From NCBI GenBank assembly GCA_038045825.1, contig JBBSXJ010000003.1, positions 148 to 64,147 on the forward strand: a stretch of 64,000 nt of DNA, written 5' to 3'. Positions 57,774-64,000 of the stretch are shown here, one piece after another; position 1 is the first letter of the stretch; every line of letters begins with the position of its first letter. A model generated the notes under the pieces. The model was given only the letters and a program-made list of their open reading frames with translations. It was not told the origin of the DNA and ran no database searches. This DNA comes from Nanobdellota archaeon. GTDB lineage: Archaea > Nanobdellota > Nanobdellia > Pacearchaeales > GW2011-AR1. The translations under genes were made by a program, and so were the position numbers.

Positions 57774-58400
57774 TTATAAAATTCTTTTTGATTTTTTATG
57801 AAGATATATATAAACTGATATTGCAATTAATACTACTATAACAATTATCCATGTAAGAGATGAAATCATTGAATCTATAGACGATTGATTATCTCCATAT
57901 AACATTCCTAAGTAAATAAGTAAAGCTCCCCATATACCTGCTCCTAATCCTGTGAATAAACAGAATCTACCTAAATTCATTTTGTAGAATCCTGCTGGAA
58001 GAGAAATAAAAGATCTTATTCCAGGAACAAGTCTTCCAAAGAATGTTGTTATCTCCCCATGTTTTTTGAAAGATTCTTCTGATTTTAATAATTCTTCTTC
58101 TTTTATGAAGAATACTCTTTTATATTTTAATAACAGTTTGTTTACTGCTTTTCTTCCCAGATAATAAGCCATATAATAATTTATTAGAGCTCCCAATATG
58201 CTTCCAGCAATGGCCATTACAAGTACGATGAAGTAAGACATCTCTCCTCTGGCTACTAGAACTCCTGCTGGAGGAAGTATAAGCTCTGTAGGAAATGGAA
58301 TTATTGTGCTTTCTATAGTCATTCCAATAAAAATTCCAAAATATCCTAGATGGGATACTAAATTTACTAGAAAATTAATTGTTTCTATAATGAAGCTCAT
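57774..58400 (-). CDS. DedA family protein
   Basis: ESTIIPFPTE, FFGRLVPGIRSFISLPAG. Confidence 0.9.
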   Translation of the reverse strand: MSFIIETINFLVNLVSHLGYFGIFIGMTIESTIIPFPTELILPPAGVLVARGEMSYFIVLVMAIAGSILGALINYYMAYYLGRKAVNKLLLKYKRVFFIKEEELLKSEESFKKHGEITTFFGRLVPGIRSFISLPAGFYKMNLGRFCLFTGLGAGIWGALLIYLGMLYGDNQSSIDSMISSLTWIIVIVVLIAISVYIYLHKKSKRIL

Positions 58401-58984
58401 TTTTTACCTTTGATATCTTTTATTAATAATTTTATATCGCTGTAAATAGGTATCTCATTTACTTTAAAGATTAATACATTGCTAAACCATAATACTATTA
58501 CAAGAACTGTACTTCCAAAATACCATGAGGCTTCATGAGCTATATTGAATATTTCATAATTCTTGCTCGCAAAGAACATAGCAAACGCGAATATTCTTGC
58601 AACGTTTAATATAAGAAACAAGCTGAAGAGGAATATAATGCTCTTAATTCTCTTATTTAAGGGCATTGGAGTGCTTAAATTAAGTATTAACAGTAAATAA
58701 TATGCTGATCCTGCAACACATGCAGGTATTATGCTTGCAAAGAATTCTTTGAAGAATATTGTGGTATTCATACATGCTATATTCTCAAGAAATGTTCCTT
58801 CGAAGAAATCACAAGTATTAGTGTGGGTGCCTTGAAGAAGACTAGCATCGCCTGAAAGACCTATAAGCCAAAATACAGGATAAATTGTTAATGGTGTGAA
58901 TATCAAATAAAAAATAAGTAGATTGCCTAAGCCAAACAATAAAAGTAAAATGTATCTAGATATCAATGAAACATGTGTTTGCAT
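58397..58984 (-). CDS. Archaeosortase/exosortase family protein (pacearchaeosortase-like)
   Basis: IIPACVAG (Cys), LNVARI (Arg), NIAHE (His) in a polytopic membrane protein. Confidence 0.8.
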   Translation of the reverse strand: MQTHVSLISRYILLLLFGLGNLLIFYLIFTPLTIYPVFWLIGLSGDASLLQGTHTNTCDFFEGTFLENIACMNTTIFFKEFFASIIPACVAGSAYYLLLILNLSTPMPLNKRIKSIIFLFSLFLILNVARIFAFAMFFASKNYEIFNIAHEASWYFGSTVLVIVLWFSNVLIFKVNEIPIYSDIKLLIKDIKGKK

Positions 58985-59020
58985 AATCTAATAAAGAATT
59001 AAAGCTTAAAAAGTGTCTGA

Positions 59021-61087
59021 TTATCTGCGAGACATTCTTACTGCAACTACAATTATCAATATTATTAATATAATATTAATTGCTGCAATTATCCAGATTA
59101 GTGAGCCTTCAGAGTTAAATATATTTTTAACATTTGAAGCTGCTAATTCAACTTCAATTTCTTGTACTTGAACTCTTCCATCTTCAGATACTTGTAAGTC
59201 AAATGATTGCATTCCTTCAGCGTCTTCATTAACTATCATAGTCAATGTAACTTCTTCGCTTTCTCCTGCGTCAACTGATATTGTTTGAGGTGATATGTCT
59301 GTCAATTCAGCCCATTCAGAATATCCGCGAGCGCTTATGCTGAATTCAGCATCTTCGTCTCCAGTATTTGTGATTGTAGCAACAATTACTAGTTCTTCTC
59401 CAGCTTTAGCATCTGAAGCAAGATCAGCATCAATAGCTATGTTTGTCAATCCACCTGAAGGATTTCCAATATTACCAGTGCAACCTAGAACTTCTATTGA
59501 GTATTCTGTTGCTTCATCAGCTTCTTGATCATAAGATCCATCATCATAATCATATTCTGTTATGAACTCAAGTACATAGTTTCCGCTTCTAGCTGTTGCA
59601 GGAATAGTCATTGAGAAGTCAAGAGTTTCGTCTTCTCCTTGGTCTAAATCAGATGTTATTTCTCTTACTACATTGATTCCAAGGTCATTATTTAATACTG
59701 TTATTCTTACTCTTTCTTCATCGTCTTCTCCAACGTTGAATACTTTGAATTGTCCTGAAACTGTTTGACCACATGTAAGTTGAGTGTCTAATTCTATTTC
59801 ATCAACAATAACAAAACGACCTTCATCGTTTGTTTGTTCAACTGATATTGTTTGGTAAAAATCATTGTTAAGATTGTTTGAAGTGTCTACGCAGTCTCTT
59901 GATTGGCCAGCGTCTTCGTCATAAACTTTAACTGCAAGCTTGTAATCTCCTGAGTCTAAGTCTGCTGGAACTTTGAATTCCCAACTAACTGTTTCTTCGT
60001 TGTCTTCGTCAATGCTTATTTCAATTTGTTCTTCGTCTTCTCTTGAGTCTCCAAGGAATGTTAATTCGTCTGAGACGTCATTTCCAGATGAGTCAAATAA
60101 TCCAAGAACTGCAACTACATCTACTTCATCATCTTGGTTGTTATTCTGAATATCTATTTCAACTTCAATTTCGTCAAGTAATTCCCATTCAGTGTCTTCT
60201 CCTTCTCCAGTGTTGGAAAAGTCTATTCCTTCAATTGTAAGGTTTGTTGTAATGCTTTGTCCTGCTGAACAGAATGTTTTTCTTACTTTGAAGTTTCCAG
60301 ATGCAACTTGATTTCCAGATTCTGCTCTGAAATTTATTGTGTTTTCTCCGAATTTAAGTCCTGTCAATCCAGGTCTTGCTTGTACTATCTGATTTTGTCC
60401 ACCAGATAATGAGAAAGATGATGGTGAGAATATTACTCCTGAAATAGGGTTTGTTGTTTCAGACATTGTAACTGTGTTGAATGTTGTTGAACCTGTGTTT
60501 GATATTGTTATTGTGGCATTTTGATTTACATTTACAGCTGCAGATGATGATGATGCTGTAAGATTAGAAGATAGAGTTATAGCTGTTCCTTCAAGTTTAA
60601 CGTCATCTATTCTGCATAGTTCTTGTCCTGAATTTGTAACACATTCAAATCTTATCTTGAAGTTAGCATTATTATTTGCTAGAGCTGTGTTAATGTTTGT
60701 AATTGTTTCTGTTACGAATGCCGAATTTGTTGCTCCAGTATATGTAGCAACTTGTAAAAATGTTGTTCCGTCATATGAAACTAATACTCTCAACTCATCC
60801 CCTGCTTCAAATAAGTTATTGTTAGAATCTACTAATTGCCTAGCGAATGATAAAATTATGCTATTGAATCCTGTTGTTGAAGCTGTTCTTGTTCCTGTTG
60901 ATGTAGTTCCCCCTGATACGCTTGCAGATTCTAGATATCCTGATGTAAGTGACCATGATCCAGGTGTCCAAGCTCCAGGAACTGTAGTAAAGTCATCTAG
61001 GAATATTGTAGCTGCACTTGTAAGTGAAAGGGATAGAACTGCTAATGTAATAAATACAAACAATGAAGCTAATTTTGCAAATTTCAT
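59021..61087 (-). CDS. Putative S-layer/surface glycoprotein, likely sortase substrate
   Basis: Signal peptide from ATG 61087, acidic Ig-like domains, C-terminal TM plus basic tail (IVVAVRMSRR); adjacent to the sortase gene. Confidence 0.8.
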   Translation of the reverse strand: MKFAKLASLFVFITLAVLSLSLTSAATIFLDDFTTVPGAWTPGSWSLTSGYLESASVSGGTTSTGTRTASTTGFNSIILSFARQLVDSNNNLFEAGDELRVLVSYDGTTFLQVATYTGATNSAFVTETITNINTALANNNANFKIRFECVTNSGQELCRIDDVKLEGTAITLSSNLTASSSSAAVNVNQNATITISNTGSTTFNTVTMSETTNPISGVIFSPSSFSLSGGQNQIVQARPGLTGLKFGENTINFRAESGNQVASGNFKVRKTFCSAGQSITTNLTIEGIDFSNTGEGEDTEWELLDEIEVEIDIQNNNQDDEVDVVAVLGLFDSSGNDVSDELTFLGDSREDEEQIEISIDEDNEETVSWEFKVPADLDSGDYKLAVKVYDEDAGQSRDCVDTSNNLNNDFYQTISVEQTNDEGRFVIVDEIELDTQLTCGQTVSGQFKVFNVGEDDEERVRITVLNNDLGINVVREITSDLDQGEDETLDFSMTIPATARSGNYVLEFITEYDYDDGSYDQEADEATEYSIEVLGCTGNIGNPSGGLTNIAIDADLASDAKAGEELVIVATITNTGDEDAEFSISARGYSEWAELTDISPQTISVDAGESEEVTLTMIVNEDAEGMQSFDLQVSEDGRVQVQEIEVELAASNVKNIFNSEGSLIWIIAAINIILIILIIVVAVRMSRR

Positions 61088-61208
61088 TTTATGTTGAAAA
61101 TCAGCAAGAATGAGGCTATATAAATATTTCGGTGTTAAACGAACTCTTACCATATTTATTACTCTGATATTAAGAAAAATTTATATGGTCAATTGTATAT
61201 AATAGTAT

Positions 61209-61583
61209 ATGGCGATAAGGTCAAGAGAAAATGTTTTAAGCGCTTGGGCTTTTCTTATAGGGATAGTTCTTGCTTTGATGGGGGGAATGATTAGCGCTAT
61301 ATTTGGAGACCTTAATCCTATTGTTCTTGGATTCTTGTTAATGCTAGGGTTAGTAATTGGATTTATTGGGGTATCTCCTAATGATATAAGTAAGTTCATG
61401 ACGTCTTCTGTTTCTTTAGTAATAGTTAGCTTTGCAGGAAGTGCTGGGGTAAGAAACATAGAATTCCTTAGTTGGGAGGTAGGTAATATAGTATCATCTA
61501 CTCTTGGGGCATTATTGGTATTGTTAGTTCCTGCAACAATTGTTGTAGCAACAAGAAACTTATTCTCTATATCTCAAGGTTGA
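61209..61583 (+). CDS. Small membrane protein (4 TM)
   Basis: Hydrophobic throughout. Confidence 0.7.
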   Translation: MAIRSRENVLSAWAFLIGIVLALMGGMISAIFGDLNPIVLGFLLMLGLVIGFIGVSPNDISKFMTSSVSLVIVSFAGSAGVRNIEFLSWEVGNIVSSTLGALLVLLVPATIVVATRNLFSISQG

Positions 61584-61776
61584 CTAAATCTTGATTTGTC
61601 ATAACCTTCTGCCCTTCTTCCAAGCGCGTAATGTTGCGCATTTTCGTCTTCCGCTAAATTAATACATATTCTTCCGTCTTTGAACTCAATAGCTCATAGA
61701 CCCAATAAATCTTGGTCTTCTTTCGGGATTTTCTACTTCCATTAAAAAATCTAAAATAGTCTGTTCTTAGACCTAA

Positions 61777-62166
61777 CTACATTAAAGAATCTTCTTTTGG
61801 ATTTGCAGGAGCAGATTGTCCTGTTGGTCCCCTATATATCTCAGCAAAGTCTGGAGAAGCAATTATTGCTTGGTCTCCGAAACCAGCAATTGAGCCTTCC
61901 ATTGCATCAACTGTTTTCTTTATCTTAGTCAATGCTCTCTTTAATTCAATAATATCTTTACTCTTTAATTTTCTTATATCTATAAAAGCAATTGTATATC
62001 CTTCTCTAAGAGCAGTAAGAATTTCATTTATATCATCATACTTTGTTAAAGTAAATTGACGAATCTTTATTTTTTCCTTACGAGCCTTTGTTTGATTTAA
62101 ATCAAGTTCTACGTAATCATCTGAAGGTTGAGATTTATTGAAAACCCCTTTGAAACCAAACACCAT
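61777..62166 (-). CDS. sepF: Cell division protein SepF
   Basis: LREGYTIAFIDIR...LKRALTKIKKTVDAMEGSIAG. Confidence 0.85.
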   Translation of the reverse strand: MVFGFKGVFNKSQPSDDYVELDLNQTKARKEKIKIRQFTLTKYDDINEILTALREGYTIAFIDIRKLKSKDIIELKRALTKIKKTVDAMEGSIAGFGDQAIIASPDFAEIYRGPTGQSAPANPKEDSLM

Positions 62167-62226
62167 ATTGTCTGATAAATTGTTCAGTATATAAATATTA
62201 TCGTATTAAGAAATAGATTATAGCTC

Positions 62227-62571
62227 TTACTTCTCCGACGAAGATTTCTTTTCAAGAATATTTTTTATTTCTGACTGAAGCTCCATAGCTCTTGATTCTA
62301 TTGACTTCTCTTGCTTTTCTATTGAAGAATTTCTTAATTCAAGCAGTTTTTTCTTCTCTTCAAGTTCAGATAATGTTTTATTTTTATCAACAGATACAAT
62401 AATTGAACCAACCATCTTGTAAACTGAATCTTTTGTTTTATTTATTTCAGAAACTGCATTTGAAGTCTCACTCAGTTCAATAGATATATTCTGCTTCTGC
62501 ATTAATAAGGATTGTAAGTTTTGCTCTAGAATTTGTAAATCCTGTATCTTCTGCCTTGCTTTTTCATCCAT
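62227..62571 (-). CDS. pfdB: Prefoldin beta subunit
   Basis: Coiled coils flanking VYKMVGSIIV; after rpoP. Confidence 0.88.
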   Translation of the reverse strand: MDEKARQKIQDLQILEQNLQSLLMQKQNISIELSETSNAVSEINKTKDSVYKMVGSIIVSVDKNKTLSELEEKKKLLELRNSSIEKQEKSIESRAMELQSEIKNILEKKSSSEK

Positions 62572-62572
62572 A

Positions 62573-62710
62573 TTAAATTGCCTTTATCTTAACAACATGC
62601 GTTCTAGGCTTGTAGAATATTTTAGAATTGCAATTAGGACAATTGAATACCTTATCAAGAACTTTGCTTGTTAAAGGTTTAGTGCATCTGAAGCATTTGT
62701 ATTGAGCCAT
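62573..62710 (-). CDS. rpoP: RNA polymerase subunit P (Rpo12; 45 aa, not in ORF track)
   Basis: MAQYKCFRCTKPLTSKVLDKVFNCPNCNSKIFYKPRTHVVKIKAI; between rpl37ae and pfdB. Confidence 0.92.
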   Translation of the reverse strand: MAQYKCFRCTKPLTSKVLDKVFNCPNCNSKIFYKPRTHVVKIKAI

Positions 62711-62740
62711 GTTTAGTTTTGTATTTTTGTATTTTTAAGT

Positions 62741-62959
62741 TTATTTATTTAGTACGTATGCGTGACCTGCGAATTGAACTCCGCATTTTTCACAGTGCCA
62801 TATTCCTGCAGCCTGTCTTTTTACTCCTGGTTTCTTGCAGTGAGGACAAACTTGTTTTTTTCTTTGAAGTGATTCAACAGCGTTCAATCTGTTTCTTAAA
62901 TATGTGCCATATCCTGCGCCAAAACGGCCAGCTGCTTTTACTTTTTTTGTTTTAACCAT
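62741..62959 (-). CDS. rpl37ae: 50S ribosomal protein L37Ae
   Basis: AGRFGAGYG...CPHC...GIWHCEKC. Confidence 0.95.
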   Translation of the reverse strand: MVKTKKVKAAGRFGAGYGTYLRNRLNAVESLQRKKQVCPHCKKPGVKRQAAGIWHCEKCGVQFAGHAYVLNK

Positions 62960-63218
62960 AAATGTGATTGAGAAAGTGGGTTTTTAAATTATTCGTACAA
63001 AGATTAGGTTAAATCGACAGGTTCCATTGATGCAAGATAGTCTTCTACTTCTTCTTTAATATCTGCGAGCGGTTGTTTAACCGAAACAAAAATTGGGTGA
63101 GATTGATCTGAAAAGATTGATTTGTATAACTCAACTTCTTTTGAGCTTTACCATCGTATTGATTTAGAAAAGTGTGTTTAAAAGAATTCTGGTTTGTTTT
63201 GGAATATTATTTATAAAA

Positions 63219-63292
63219 TGGGGCTGCGCGGATTTGAACCGCGGTCTCGAAGTCCCAAACCTCGGATACTAACCAAGCTATACTACAGCCCC
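63219..63292 (-). tRNA. tRNA-Pro(UGG), intronless, CCA not encoded
   Basis: GGGGCTG/CAGCCCC acceptor, CGAGG-TTTGGGA-CTTCG anticodon arm, CGCGG-TTCAAAT-CCGCG T arm. Confidence 0.95.
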
Positions 63293-63939
63293 ATTCCTGC
63301 TCTTACCGGTTTTATTTCGTTAATAAATCTTGCCACTTCATTTTTTCTATAGAGGCAAACATTTCTTTTATTAGATTTTGCAAAATGATATCCTAAACTT
63401 AAGGCTAATTCTTTAAAATCAAAAAGTAATTTTCTATTAAAATTTGTGAATTTAACATATTTTTGTTTTTCTCTTTTACAAATATATACACATCCATCCG
63501 TATCTATTAGTCCTTTTATGCATCTTTTTGTATATTCTTCATTTTCTTTTACCCATTCTGGAAATGAGATTTGATTGACTATTTTATCCCCTCTTAATAA
63601 TCCTATTTTAATTAATTCTTCAACTAATTCTTTATTATAACAATACAGATATGCTTGATTAGTATCTTTGTAAATCTCCTCTCTAAGATGAATTCCAAAA
63701 ATATCATAAAATAAATCTTTAAGGTAATTAAGATAATCTTTCTCCCTTTTATCACAACATATTCTTATTCGGTTTCTATAAATATTTCCATCTCCTAACA
63801 TTATACCAATCAATTCCGCAATCAAATTTCCTTTTTTATCAAAATCTGGCAAGCTATATTCCTCAGATGCCGCATATCTCCCGAGATTATCTTTGTAATT
63901 TAATTTGATTTCTAATAAGTTAAAATTTTTATTAAACAT
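63283..63939 (-). CDS. Free-standing two-motif LAGLIDADG endonuclease-like protein
   Basis: LIGIMLGDGNI and KGLIDTDGCV; stop codon lies inside tRNA-Pro. Confidence 0.85.
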   Translation of the reverse strand: MFNKNFNLLEIKLNYKDNLGRYAASEEYSLPDFDKKGNLIAELIGIMLGDGNIYRNRIRICCDKREKDYLNYLKDLFYDIFGIHLREEIYKDTNQAYLYCYNKELVEELIKIGLLRGDKIVNQISFPEWVKENEEYTKRCIKGLIDTDGCVYICKREKQKYVKFTNFNRKLLFDFKELALSLGYHFAKSNKRNVCLYRKNEVARFINEIKPVRAGMGL

Positions 63940-64000
63940 TTTTTCTATTTTACCTAAATGATCTTGATTAATCGTTTTATTTTTATTAAGTATATTTTTT

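Noticed and set aside
61590-61745. Minus-strand fragments between the membrane gene and sepF (...AIEFKDGRICINLAE...)
   Set aside because: Interrupted by stops with no recognisable family; cannot support a pseudogene call.
63004-63154. Possible frameshifted 49-codon ORF (MVKLK/EVELYKSIF...) upstream of rpl37ae
   Set aside because: Needs an assumed 1-nt indel and resembles nothing I recognise.
1-64000. CRISPR array, rRNA, transposase or integrase genes
   Set aside because: No regularly spaced direct repeats, rRNA-like sequence or recombinase motifs were seen.

Overview
AT-rich archaeal chromosome segment in standard genetic code, most consistent with a DPANN (Pacearchaeota-like) genome. The inference rests on a fused PriS-PriL primase, a form III RuBisCO, an archaeosortase with its S-layer-type substrate, eL/eS ribosomal proteins, PCNA, Hjc and Rpo12. 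It contains an RNase P RNA gene, tRNA-Phe(GAA), tRNA-Pro(UGG), two free-standing LAGLIDADG ORFs each directly upstream of a tRNA, several toxin-antitoxin modules (one with an in-frame amber stop) and a large cell-surface region (about 38.7-61.2 kb) of pilin-like, giant Cys-rich, S-layer and sortase genes. Reading the DNA directly shows features absent from the ORF track. The clearest is a decayed diversity-generating retroelement: target gene with VR, a 94-bp TR differing mainly at adenines, and a 35-codon RT stub. Others are a 57-aa histone-fold gene, a 27-aa hyperacidic micro-ORF with its own promoter, rpoP, a tRNA 3'-end fragment, a kinase pseudogene and a structured S-layer mRNA leader. 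All assignments come from manual motif recognition and hand alignment or folding; no database searches were run.
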